NCBI GenBank assembly: GCA_028534125.1
Contig: CM052818.1
Coordinates: 16,680,001-16,744,000, forward strand
DNA: 64,000 nucleotides
Direction: 5' to 3'
Source: Lama glama
Lineage: Eukaryota
Below, piece after piece: positions 51,130 to 64,000 of this stretch (position 1 is its first letter; each line of letters opens with the position of its first letter). Under the pieces are notes generated by a model that saw nothing but the letters and a program-made list of their open reading frames with translations, was not told the DNA's origin and searched no databases. The position numbers were made by a program, and so were the translations under genes.

Positions 51130-52290
51130 ACGTGATTCTATTGCTGTACTATTTCAGACTCTCATACTCTCACCCATCAGGATTGTTTTATAGTCTCTTT
51201 ACCACTGTTCCTAATCCCGGCCTGTACTCCTCATTCCCCTACCCAAAGCCATTCTTCTTTACTGCTGCAGTGATCCTTTAGAAATAATCTTTCTCCTGTG
51301 GCTTAAGGATAGGCGCACATTCTTAAGAATTGGAGGGAGGCACTTTTGGAAATGTCTCCTGATCTTCCCAATCTCATTTCATATCACTTTCTCCTGATCA
51401 AATCCTAGTGATCTAAACCAAGCATTATTTGTATTATGAATAATTATATATGTTGGGGCCCTTTCTAGTGCTGTTTCCTCTGAACTTAAGTCTTCTGTCC
51501 AGTCCCTACTGTGTGAAACCCCACCCATCATTCAGGACCCGTCCTCTGGCATCCTCCTGCAGCCCCCTGCAGAGCCAGTGCTGGCTTTGTGTGGACTCTT
51601 GTNNNNNNNNNNNNNNNNNNNNNNNNNNNNNNNNNNNNNNNNNNNNNNNNNNNNNNNNNNNNNNNNNNNNNNNNNNNNNNNNNNNNNNNNNNNNNNNNNN
51701 NNNNNNNNNNNNNNNNNNNNNNNNNNNNNNNNNNNNNNNNNNNNNNNNNNNNNNNNNNNNNNNNNNNNNNNNNNNNNNNNNNNNNNNNNNNNNNNNNNNN
51801 NNNNNNNNNNNNNNNNNNNNNNNNNNNNNNNNNNNNNNNNNNNNNNNNNNNNNNNNNNNNNNNNNNNNNNNNNNNNNNNNNNNNNNNNNNNNNNNNNNNN
51901 NNNNNNNNNNNNNNNNNNNNNNNNNNNNNNNNNNNNNNNNNNNNNNNNNNNNNNNNNNNNNNNNNNNNNNNNNNNNNNNNNNNNNNNNNNNNNNNNNNNN
52001 NNNNNNNNNNNNNNNNNNNNNNNNNNNNNNNNNNNNNNNNNNNNNNNNNNNNNNNNNNNNNNNNNNNNNNNNNNNNNNNNNNNNNNNNNNNNNNNNNNNN
52101 NNGACTCTTGTTCGTATAGTTGGTATTTTATTCAACACGTTTTATTATAGTTGTTTAACGTCACACCTATTTCTTCACATGATTCTACATCCCCAGGGGA
52201 GCTTCTATACTCAGTTTATTCTTCTATTTTATATATATATATAAGAGCTAGCAGACTGGTCCATAGTAGGAACTCTAAATGTTAGTACAT
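51130..52290 (+). mobile_element. L2 LINE fragment spanning the assembly gap
   Basis: agtctctttaccactg...ccattcttctttactgctgcagtgatccttt on the left; gtccatagtaggaactctaaatgttag (L2 3' end) on the right. Confidence 0.6.
51603..52102. other. Assembly gap (500 N)
   Basis: Run of N. Confidence 1.
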
Positions 52291-52329
52291 TTAATTAATT
52301 TCAGGCTAGTAAGAAGAGAATATTAAGGA

Positions 52330-53060
52330 TAATGTTCAAAGAAAATAAATAAATAATTGTTTAAAAGAAAAGCACAAACACCCATTAAATGTAAGAAAAG
52401 AAGCTTCATTTCAATAATAAGTAAAGCAATGTAAATTAAAACAAAGTAATATTTCTTGCCTAACTGATTGAGAAGATTAAAGAGCAACGTCATACACAGT
52501 GTTGGCAGAGATGCGACAGTACAGGCACTCTTAGGCTCTTGCACATCTTTGGTTGGAGTGCGTATTCCTACAAATGTTTTGGGGGTAATTTAGCAGTAGC
52601 TATAGGTATATTCCTTAACATAGCAATTCCCCTTCTAGGAAGTTTTTTTTACAGAAACACTTGAATGAGTCTCACAAATATCACTGATACACATTACCTA
52701 TTGTCTGTAATGGTGAAATCAAGTAAATGGAGCCAACGCAAGTATTAATGAACAAGTAATTGCTAAATATTAACAAGTAATTGGCTAAATAAACCATGGT
52801 AGACTGGTATACAGCACCTCACAACAGAACATGAATGAGGTGTATCTATTTAAATGGGGAAAAAACATGTTAAAAATATATTATTTAGTGAATATAATGA
52901 AATTGCATATAGATATATATACACACATACATATACACACATACATATACACAAAAATTGGATTGTAGGTATACTTGTTTATGTAAAAGGGAGAAATAAT
53001 TTGTAAAGATCAAGTGTTATACTGTTTTTATGGAGGGAGTAAAGAATAAATCCATTTAAA
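52330..53060 (+). mobile_element. Old L1ME-like 3' fragment
   Basis: aatgtaaattaaaacaa...cagtgttggcagagatg...agcaattccccttctagga. Confidence 0.7.
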
Positions 53061-54709
53061 TTTTTTGCAAGATTAATATATTTGTAAGTACAAGACCAGA
53101 TTAACAAAGAAATTTGGTGACTCTCCATCTTGAGAGATTTTCAGTCAAATTTTGAAATGTCAAACTAATAGTCTGTTTCAGAAGATCAAACTCTGTATGA
53201 CTTTCCAAGGACTCGCATTATCATTCTAGATGGAACATTCTGTTAATAGAAATAAAAACAGAATGTTCATATTGTCAGAGCAGAATATGGCACTAATCTA
53301 CAGGGTATATTCTGAAAGAATATCATAAAACAGAATTATAGAATTTAAATCCTGTATAATTCCAAGGATTTTTTTTTTTTTTTACCTAGACCCATTTGTC
53401 AGATTGAACAATAATTCTCCTGGCAATTCACAAAGGGATCCTGATAAAGTGCAGGGAGTGAAATCAGATGTAATATTTCTACTCAGCAGAATGATTTCTG
53501 TTAATGTTCATTTACGTCTCCTCCTGTTCTCACCCATCTTCAATACCAAATTAGAGAGATGGCTGAATAGGCCAGTGCTATGTCACAAATTAGTTTGAGA
53601 GTCAGATGTATTACCATTCTTGTAATGTCTCCTCTTCCTAATGGAAATCCTAGAAACATCTGAGGAGTTCCAAATGACTCGCGAGGCTTTCCTGCTTTAC
53701 TTCATACACATATATGTTACCAATAATTACTTAGTGGAGTCTTTAATTTGTCCAAATTTGTGCAGGCATAATGGAAACTGACAATGCAATTTTCCATTGA
53801 AAATTGTAAATGGGTGACTAAGCTGAGCAGTTCACCTCCTTCCCATTCCTTTTGTACAGATATCTTCTGCTACACCGGAATGGCTATACTTTGAAAATAG
53901 CTCATCTATATTCATTCACCCATGCGTATAAATTGATTTGCATGCTCATTTTGCAGTTTCCAAATATGCATTTGTTGCATAAAGTTTTTCATAGCTAACT
54001 CAGAATGGCTTTTTACCTCTTCCTCAAAAATTTAGCTGGTGTGAGCCAACCACACATGAAATTCAGTTGCTTGCAGAACTGGATTTCTAAAGAAAATGCT
54101 AAAAGCTGGAGAATGAAGGCTCAGATTCTTGCCATTGGTCATAATTTCTAATTCAGATCTTGCTTTTATGGGTCAGATCCTTGAAATTACTTGGAGCAAG
54201 ATTGGAATTAAGTGACAAGAACTTATTCAGACTATCCAGATTATTGACCAACTCATGATTTTTATGAGAACTAAAGATATTCAGTATAATAATTAATTGA
54301 TATGTTGTCTTTCTTGCTTTTCCACAAATAAACTATGTCTTATTGGACGTTGGTTTCCTTAACTGTATGTATATGATTTTTTCCAATTAAAACACACACA
54401 CACCCCCACTCCAAAGTTAAAGTAAATAATGTTATTTATCCCAGCAAATAATCCTAACACTATCACTAAATTAAAAGCAATCTCTTGAAAAATATAACTA
54501 TCTTTGTACAAGTTTTAAAAAGATGTCTAACAAAAATATTTAGTGGCTATGACCATTTATAAAGAGAAAATATTTTAAGTTGGAAAATTATCCTAATTCT
54601 TATGGCTCTTAGTATTTATTGAAAGTATTGTATGCATAATTTAAAATTGTGTATTATGTGAATAGTATGTTTTTAAAATGCCCTAAGTAGCAGTGTGCAA
54701 GAGAAGGAA

Positions 54710-54900
54710 GGGATTAATATTTACTGAGTGTCTACTACATACTGGTATTATCAATTTTATGTTTATCTCATTTCATTTTTACCACCACAAACAACATTTG
54801 TTTAATTATCTTTATCTTGCAGTTAGGGAAGTTGAGGTCCAGAGAATCTAAGCAGCAAGGAGAGAATTTGAATACAGACTTTGCCTCTACACCCCAAGCT
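54710..54900 (-). mobile_element. MIR SINE
   Basis: atatttactgagtgtctactac...gggaagttgaggtccagaga...atttgaatacagac. Confidence 0.6.
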
Positions 54901-56199
54901 TTCCCTTGTGTCTTTATTGTCACCACTCACAGCTTTCAGATATGTTGTGTAGACCCCATGGAGTCATATATGCAGACGATCAAAGGTCAGCTTCCTTCTT
55001 AGAGCACATACTAGCATTTGAGGTACTCTCAAACTTTGAGAGTGTTGCTTTGATTTGGAGTCAAATGTGCTTTTAGTTAACTTGACTTTCATATTTTTCT
55101 TCATACCTTACCTCTTTTATGTATAGGTGAATGCATTTCCCAACTGAATGATATATTGCTAGTAATGACTGAGAAGAAACCTCTAAATATGGTTTCCAGA
55201 CACTTTACAGGAAGACTGTAGGCAAACCTCAAAATACATAGAAGGATCCTTGTTTGCTGCTGTTATTTTCTTCCGCTCATTAGTGTGTTTCTGATTTTAG
55301 GTCTTTTCCTTCCACCCTTTGAAAGAGTAATTTTTCTTTTTGCTGTTTCTTCTTCTCTTAAGGGTGTATCACCTTGTGGGTTTTTTTTTTTTTGTATTTT
55401 GGCTTATTTTTCATTATAAAACATTCAAACAGTGTACCTACTGAGATGACAATTATTGAAAAGAAGGAAATATCTCATAGAATTCTTTCCTGTCCTCTCC
55501 AAACTGTCATTGTATGGATTGTCCACACTTGAGCTAAATGTATTTTTGATGATATTTTAACTACAAATTTACCCATTTTAAGAAATGAATATTCATGTAA
55601 AAATTCATTCCATTAAAATGTTTATTTTACCAATATTATTATTTTCTCCTTTTCAAAAATGTGTTTAAGTCAGTAGTTTCCAAACATCATTAAAAAAAAA
55701 AGAAATAATACGTAAAACACAAAGTGACATAGGGAAATGTACACCTGTAAGTGTATAGTGTTAGGTACATATCATACAGACTTCTATTAAACCTTAAACA
55801 TTTCTAGGTAATTTAATTTGACATTGGAGTTAATTTCATAAATGACTCATAAAGAAAGTATATTTCTAGTTTTCCTGTTGTATCACCAAAATTTCTGTTA
55901 ATAATTCCAAAATTATAGTACAATACACACATTTTTAGCCCTTCTTAGATTTCAAAATACCCAAATGGGTATGTCATCAATTTTCCTTCGGGTAATAATT
56001 TTTTCTCTGACTACAATCTATCCATTCCAGAAATAGTTCAGAAAATTCTAATTCTTACTAATCTTTTGATGATGTTCTGAAAATATGTTCAATTTCATAG
56101 CAAGACAAATATAATCTGTTACAAAATGAAATTCTGAAGTAAAATGGATCAATAGCTATATCTCATTGTAGTGTCTGAGGTGATAATTGACATACTACT

Positions 56200-56990
56200 G
56201 AGAAATTTTTAAATGTTTATGACATTTAAAGTAACATTTAAAGCATTTGGCGTAGGTATGAGGGATATATTGTGATCAGATAGGCTTGGTCACTACTCTT
56301 GTGGAGTTTATAATCTATATGTGAGTGTACACATGTAGAAGGTCAGCTGTGATACAGAATGACCACTAGTGATAGAGCACATGTAACTCAGATTTAGGAG
56401 GCAGAGAAAGCTTCACAGAGGATAAGACTGCTAAGGTGAGACTTGGATATGAATAGGAATTAACTCAGGGAACAGGAGGGAAAAGAGAAAAGAGCGTGAA
56501 AAATGAGACTTGCCTCATTTGAAGAGTTTAGAATTTTGGGGTGCTTGGAGGAAAGATGGTAAATGTGGCTAAGTACAGGCTACAAACTAAACTTTGTAAA
56601 TCTTGTAAGCTGTATTAAGGGGCAACTTATCTTTTGAGTTTGTGGTAGAGTTGTAAGAACAGGAAGTAATATAAGGTTATAATTTTAGAAAGACTGCTAT
56701 GACTACAATGGTAGATCTTGGATGGAAAGCGAAATTGGAAATAAGTAATTTTAGGCCCAAATGAAACAAAGACATGTCTGGGTCTCGTAAGAAAGGTCTA
56801 TGACTGCCAATAGATTTAAATGTGTTTTAAAGACTCTTAGCTTCCACAGTAGGTAGAAATCCAATGAAAAGGTTAGATTTGTTCTTGGGCAATGAAGAGA
56901 GGCATAGAACTGAGTGATTTGAATAAGGTTGAACATTGTCAAGTTAAGATGGAGAGGATGTGGGATGAAGGAGAAGGATTTATCAGAGTG
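56200..56990 (-). mobile_element. L2 LINE fragment
   Basis: ggagtttataatcta...gaaagcttcacagagg...gaataggaattaac...ttttagaaagactgctatgactacaatgg. Confidence 0.6.
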
Positions 56991-58759
56991 AAATTCACAG
57001 GAAGATACAGATCCAGTTAACAGAGTAATCAAAGGAAGCCTGGAGTGGTAGAAATGAAAATATCGCAATAAAAATTTGGCTAATTTTTGCAAACAGCTAG
57101 ATATAGGCAGGCATGAATATTCTAATGACTGTTCAGTATGTTCTCTCTTGTGGGACAAGATTTATTCATTAAATTTCACCATTGTCTAAAATTAATATCC
57201 CTCAGGACTTCCTCCCTTCCTTTGACTTTTTCCCCTGCTTACTGAGCGCACTTTGCATTTTAATCCAAACTTCCAATTATCTTGGGACAGAAAAAATGTT
57301 TCTCTAGGTGGGTAAAGAAGTGATTCTTTTAGGTTCTAATATTCTTCTTATTTCAAAATAATGCATTTATGTCTAAATTTATAGGTAAGGAGGAAAAATA
57401 ACAGCAAAGTTATGTACTCCAAAATCCCTTTTTAGTAAATGTTTATATATAAAATATATATGTACTTTAGGGTTACTTTAATGAAACTTAATTTTCTAAA
57501 ATGTTCATAAGTTTTAAAATATGCATATTTTTCCATGTTATAAAATATCAACTAGGTCAATAATATACCCAAGGGAAATACAAAATATTGTCAAAAGGGA
57601 GACTAGGGACATGTAGGGAGTGAGGAGCAGCCAGTCAGAAATAACCTGTATTGAAAGCAAGTATTTATTTGGTGGCTGCTATGTGTCATTTGGGCTCTGC
57701 ATATTTCCTTTGTTTTCTCACCCAGAATCTGTTTATACATGCTGTTCTTTTTCACCTGTGTAGGACTTTGCTTATGGTAGGTATATGGACAACAGTTTCC
57801 CTGATACCAGTCCATCATCCATGGGAGAGTTAGCCAGGCCCTGAGCTGGAGCTTCCTTGCTTCAGCTACAGAAACCTTGATATGTGGCTGAGTTATTTTC
57901 AGGTTTTCTTTAAAAACCAAGAGACCATCCAGAATAAAGGGTGAAAGTATTCTGGGAGGACAGGGATTACTAAAATTGGTTTTTAGCAGATCTGTGAAAA
58001 GAGTTCAAGTATGTTAAAAAGACGGTGGTTGAAATAGCACAGAAGAATGAGTTACAGCCATCACATTCACTAGGCACAACTGCAAAGTAATGGTGTTTTA
58101 TTTCCATAACTCACTTCTTGTTTGGTAATAGAAAGACAATTGCACAACCTTTCTCTTTCCCTCTCTGTTTCTTTTTCCTTCTTCTGTATGATGGAAAAAG
58201 AGAGAATCCTGTTGTGTATACATACAAGCCATTTTGCTCCCTGTACAGAGAGAAGCTCAGAGGCAAATAGCTATTTAATTGCAATAAATCTCATTTATCT
58301 GATTATCTTTTGCACAGATAGTCTGTCTTTTTTCAGTTAGAATTTCTTCCATGTCTTGTATAATTATCCCAAATCCTATGTGGAGGTAGACTATAATGGA
58401 ATCAATCAATTTTAAATAGAATATTTTGATGATTAAATGTGATTCTAGTTTTTGGAAAGGAGATTTCAAGAACATTTTTAATAGCTACCATGGTTAATCA
58501 ATATTCTCTTCTCATTCTGGAATATTTAGGAATTAGAATCATATGTAAAAATGACCTGAACTGATGCTGTCAGTAGCACATATTATTTAGTTTAGCTTTT
58601 AAAATGCTAAAAGTTAAACAATAAATGTAATTCAGTTAAACATAGATTTTGTATTATTTTACTGGTACATCTTAGCTGGCCTATTAACTAATGGCAATCA
58701 CTTCACTTTGGTAAATCACATTTTTTCAAGAATGCATAATTCCTTCAAGACCCTCTATA

Positions 58760-58987
58760 CAGTTTACCCTTGAATAATGGAGGTTAGAGGTCCAGACCCT
58801 CTGTGCAGTTGAAAATTCGAGTGGAACTTACAGTTGGGTCTCTGTATGTGAGTCTTCTTTGTATCTGCTGTTCTGCATTTGCGGATTAAGCCAACTGTGG
58901 ATTACGTAGTATACTGTATTACTATTGAAAAAATCCACATATAAGTGGGCTCATGCAATTTAAACCTGTGTTGTTCAAGGGTCAGCG
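58760..58987. mobile_element. MER8-like TcMar-Tigger MITE
   Basis: Terminal inverted repeats CAGTTTACCCTTGAA / TTCAAGGGTCAGCG flanked by TA on both sides (58758-58759, 58988-58989). Confidence 0.85.
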
Positions 58988-61139
58988 TACTTGTATGTTG
59001 TTTTACCTTATGACCCTGAATATGATAGCAGAAATTCGAGTAAGTAGAATTTTAGGATATTCCTGGATAGTTATACATAAAACCTCTCCTCCCCTGTCTT
59101 TTTCAAGTTCATTAAAATCACTAGTTCCTTCAGCTAGAGGACTCTATATAATAATGTTTTAACTCATTATTAATTTGTCACAAAATCAAGAAGAATGTAC
59201 TAAGAAATGAAAATATCTTTGAAAATAGCCAAGTATCCGTAGAATTTTGGAGGTAGAATTGACCACTAAGAGTATATACCACGACAGTTCCTTTTTTAGA
59301 GATGAACAAGCTGAGGCAAAGAGAAGTTGGAGAATTCTTCAAGTCACAAAATTAGTTTCATAGCCAGAACAAGAACACAGGCCCAGGGTAATTTCCATCT
59401 TCCATCTTCAGGTAGCAAAGAAAATAACACTTCAGAAATTGTATTCCATCCTCTTGTACATGTGATTTAATATTTCTGATGATGTATCTCCTTTTGTTCT
59501 CTTTTCATTACATATATAGAGAATTCTTACCCCTATCTGATCTGATTGGGTAACTCCCTTCTTTGGTACATGTTAGAGACTTTTAGATTCATAGCAAAGC
59601 TTTTACTATGCACCAGAAAATAAATGTGTTTTTCTTATGGAAAATCATTTTAACAAATTCATCATTACAGAAGCCTCTTACTTTGTATCTTGGAACACAA
59701 AAGCAGTGGTGTACTATAGCAAATAAATCAAAACCCTCACAATATGGAGTAAGGTTCTATTTTCTAGGTAGGCATGTCAGTTGATGAAAAGAGTACTTTC
59801 CTAGAAACAGTACATTTTAATAGTGCTTCTGATTGTGTCATGGAAGAGTTTTTTAGTGCATTGTGTTAGACAACTTTAGGAAATGTCATTAAATATAACA
59901 TTTTATTTTTTCAAATCAAGAATGAAATAAGACTGCTACCCATATTAAACACTAGCATGAATGGAAGAGAGTTTGTTTTTCAAATAATGTTGGCTGTGCC
60001 TACATTTTGATAAAATGGATTTCAGATGTTCTGTCTGAGGGTACTATTGGAAAAGAAGAAAAAAAGTACTCCTAATTGATCGCCCTTTAGGGGAGCTGGC
60101 TAAAACTGGTGTAGGAGATCAAAGCCTAAGCGATCCATTCATTACAATTTTAATAAAAGTGTTGGTCTGTTTTTTTTTATTTTAAGTACAGTATAGTACA
60201 ATAATGAAATTAAGTTTGCAGATAAAAGACTTGCAGATGCTCTTTTATCAAATTGCTGTCTTGGAAAGGCATCAACAAAATGATGTTCTAAGTTTGATTT
60301 TTTGCTCTGGCTTGCATTTGAACTCTTGCTCATTAAAGTTCTAGCAACACAAAGAATGGCCTTTTCTAGGAAAATGGATTATCCTTTTTTGTTTTGTTTT
60401 GTTGTTTTATTTTGAATGAATCTACCATTGTGCATATGTGGTTGGAACCATATGGAGGCAGTAAACTCGATTTGAGCTTTTCTCTGTTTACTACACAAAG
60501 CATTCGTTCAGCCCTGAAGATATGCTAAAACAAAACAAAACCTATTCATCCAACAAATCAGGAAAGACATAATCTTCCTTAGCCCTCATCACACTTTCCG
60601 ATGTTCTTTGGGCTGTAAACTCTTGCATCCTTGCAAGTTCCAGCTCTATTGCTATTGCCATATTTTCAAATTATAATTTGTGCCTGGTCTAACATGTATC
60701 AGAAGCTAGGCCTGTGTCTGATATGGAAACAGAAAAGCAAGGAGTAATTAAGTAGTGGCCACTGTGTGTTTTCATTCGTTTCTTGTCTTTTGTAAATAAT
60801 GACCATTGTGTTTAGCATTTAATTTTTAACTTGAAATTAACAAAGAGTATCTAGTTTATAGAATTAAGGTACATTTTTCTTCCCCAAAAGTATTTATTTG
60901 TAGTTTTAAAACTAAATAAATTAGGAAATTAAAAAACAAAAACACTAATCTCTTTTACTTCTGCTTCTTTCCTCCTTGTTTCAATCCTATACCAGGCGTC
61001 TAGTCCTCAACCATAGTGCACCACTTCCTGGATCCTTTTATCTGTTTCCAGAAGTGGTTTCATTATCTTTGCACCCAACTGTTTTTGCCCAGAGCATAGT
61101 AATAATATTAGCAACTTCAGAGAATGTCAGGATTGAATG

Positions 61140-61960
61140 AAATAATTCATTCCTTCAAAAAAATGTTTTCTTAGCTCTTGCTATGTGCTGAGTCCTATTG
61201 TAGACGCTGAGCCATGTAAAGACAAAACCCTGCTCTTATGGATATATTCAGGTGGTGAGGCAGGTGGCAAAGAAATAAATCAATAGGAGTATTGTGTAAT
61301 ATAGTATGATGCCTGAAAATGGCAAGTTGCTGTGAAGAAAATTAATGCATGATAAGGGCATAGAGAATGGACAAGGGGCCTTACTCTTTTAGATAGGGTG
61401 ATCCCATTAGGTCTTCTGAGAAGGTGACATTTGAGTGATCACAAGAAAGAAACATACAGTTTGGAGGTAAAATCCTCATGGAACTGCAGCAGGCCTGAGG
61501 TGGCAGTGTGCCTGAATGCTCAGGGGAGAGCAGGGAGGCCAGAGCCATCGACACAGTCAGCAAAGCGCAGGTTGAGAGACGGTTTGGCATGGTAACTGGA
61601 GTCCAGATTACATAGAATTTGATGGGCATGCCATTCACGTCAAATTTTATTCTAAACTCAGCAAGACACCATTGATGTGTTTAAAAGAGGGAAGGATGTT
61701 ATTTCTGTTTCAACCAGTTGGTGCACAGGAGAGGGAGTAGGGGCCACTGTATTGGCCAGATGCAACACTGATCTGGAGTGGCGGTGGAGGAGCTGGGAAG
61801 AACTGGTTCACGTTGGAACACATTCTGAAAGCAGGGCTGACAGAGTCTGCTGATGGTGTGTATAGTAGGGTGAAGGAGAAGAATCAGGGATGACTCCAAA
61901 ATGAGTATCTAGTTGAGCATCTGGATGAACGAGGCGCCCTTTCCTGAGAGGAGGAGCTCT
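61140..61960 (-). mobile_element. L2 LINE fragment
   Basis: ctatgtgctgag...ccctgctcttatgga...ctgagaaggtgacatttgag...gaatcagggatgactcca. Confidence 0.8.
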
Positions 61961-64000
61961 TGGGAAGGAGTGCTGAACCCTGGGCTTGTCGTGGAGAAGA
62001 TGTGCAGTAAGCGTTGCTGCTTTTCTCTGTTACTTGAATCTACTCCTTTATCCCCAGGTAAACATCCTCACTCCCAATGATTTTGATTCTAAACTAAGCT
62101 GGCAGAAGGTAAGGGTCATATCTGCCAAACCTACTGTTGAGTGTCCACTGTATGTGGTACATAAGAGGAACTCAATAAATATTTATTGAATAAGTAAGTG
62201 AGTAAACAAGAGTGATTATAGTGGACCAAAAAAGATAAAATAACACAGATTGATGAATTCTCTAGCTGATATGGTGTTTGTCTACTTCATCAGCTCTTGG
62301 ATACCATGCTAGCAAGTTTCAGGAGGGTGTAATACCAGTGATGGGGATCCACAGTCACGCTGGAGGAATGTTTTTATTTTCTTCAGGTTAAAGCATTTGA
62401 AAGCATCCTTTGCTACAATGGTGAAACTGTCACTGTTAAGCCTCCTTTTCACAGTATTTTTCAGCAAGATGCTAGGTGTCTCAGAAAATTTTAGTTTTAA
62501 TATTCTGGGAAGACCTTACTGTCATTACTAGTCCAAATATGTTTCTGTATTCACCTATTGACTACTAAATATATTCCAAGAACTGTAGTTTCTAACACTT
62601 GGCTAATTGTAATTTATTCATTCACTTCTTAATTAATTTTACAAATACTTAATTGAATTAAAACTGTATTATGTGTACTATGTGTACAAATTCCTTGTTT
62701 TGAAGGGATTCACATTATTGTGGTAGGTTTATGTGTTGTACAGAAGTTTGTAAAATACTTTGAAATGCCACTAATTTACCTGCAGGGTGTAAAAAATGTT
62801 TTTCTGTCATCAGTACGACTTTATTGTAGATTCATTTTCTAATCATAACATTAATAGTTTTTTAATGGAGCATTTAAATATATGCCAGTATTCTAAACAC
62901 TCCACATACATATCCTCATGCTATCGTACACTTGGTAGCATTTATCTAAGTTGTGCCCAGCAAAAGCTCCTTTTTGAAAGTCTGTTAGAATCAGACATGG
63001 TAAGGGGTGAATGCAATCCATTATCTTTGAGGTACTAAGACAATATGATTTGCGAATAAACAAATGTAAATCCTTTTAGCACATTCATTAATGTAAAAGG
63101 CAATTTGAATGTGAAAGATTTTTCCTTGGATGCTACATGAGAAATGACTCCTGAATGTCAACATCCTGTTTGCAAGGACATTCTCGTTGGCGCAGGAGGT
63201 CTTAATTTTGGAATGACACTGTTCATTCAAACACAGCTGAGACATATCTGATCTTAGTGTTTCCTCTGTGTGTGTGTGTCTGTGTGTGTGTTGCTGAGCA
63301 GCAATTTAATAGATATCAGTAGTGTCTGCGTCTAATAAGCTTATTGAGGCTTCTGGAGTAAATACTCCATTTAAAATGTTTGTATTATAGTTAAAGAGCA
63401 GGTTTAAATAAGGGAAGGATGAAGTAACTGGCTAATTTTCAATAAACCAGGAAGATTCCTGAATATAAACATTAACATCCTTTGATTTGTCTTCTGACTG
63501 CTGCTGCTGATGACTCTGCTTCTATTTCCAGACCAGCCTTAGCCTCTGAACCTCCCTTTTTATTTCTTCTCTTCGAAAAATTCAGAGATCTTCATGGCAC
63601 CTCAGAATATAAAATCCACATTTTTTTTAAGAAAGTATGTTCCTTGTATGTTGGCTTTCGGAAATATTGCTCAAGTTGTTCTAAATTAAAATTGTGTAAA
63701 TTAAAATGTTTTCTCCATTTTATATATATATAAACATTCGAGATACTTCCTTGGGAAAAAATTCAGTCACAGAATTGAGTAAACAATTTTTAAAAGACTA
63801 TGTTTTTAAGGAAATTATGACAAATTTCTATGCACACTATACAGACTTAATCATATTACATATATTTTATTGCAACTTTTTAAGCTCACTGATGTGTAAA
63901 GAAGAAAGAGAAAAATTCTCATCAGCTCATTTTCCTTTTTAAATACAACCACAGAGTGGGTAATTACAACAGAGACAGAGAAACTCCATCTCTGTACTAG

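Noticed and set aside
51450..52244. Long ORFs of 176-264 aa
   Set aside because: Artefacts of translating the N gap.
36837..64000. Downstream NRXN1 splice-site-1 micro-exons (EDNNVE, GLAHLMMGDQ) and the LNS2 exon
   Set aside because: Not spotted by eye; as I recall they lie much further downstream, outside this window. A very short exon could have been missed.
1..64000. Prokaryotic-type systems (CRISPR, operons, defence loci) and tRNA/rRNA genes
   Set aside because: The sequence is clearly mammalian intron-rich DNA; no repeat-spacer arrays or structural RNA genes were recognised.

Overview
Mammalian (placental) genomic DNA containing the 5' end of the neurexin-1-alpha gene (NRXN1) on the + strand. 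The GC/CpG-rich promoter and non-coding exon 1 lie at ~31.8-32.4 kb, followed by a ~2.76 kb intron 1. Large exon 2 (35150-36836) holds ~915 nt of 5'UTR plus 772 coding nt (signal peptide, LNS1, EGF1). The rest of the window is the first ~27 kb of the following very large intron; I saw no further coding exon. The upstream ~31 kb and the intron are AT-rich and filled with L1, L2, MIR, CR1/L3, LTR (ERV1, ERVL, MaLR) and DNA transposon relics. There is one 500-N assembly gap. Young L1 3' ends, and the lack of any Alu, B1/B2, Bov-tA, PRE-1, CHR or Can-SINE that I could recognise, suggest a camelid (inference). I found no evidence of a wholly novel biological system. The most interesting observations are: a non-functional homolog of the human NRXN1 99-nt alternative exon, a uORF- and G-quadruplex-laden 5'UTR, an RE1 plus bHLH-PAS motif cluster at a probably bidirectional promoter, an unidentified 272-bp insert flanked by a direct repeat, and a gap flanked by an identical 9-mer. 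Repeat family names and human comparisons are from memory and need confirming; repeat boundaries are approximate unless a TSD or TIR is given.
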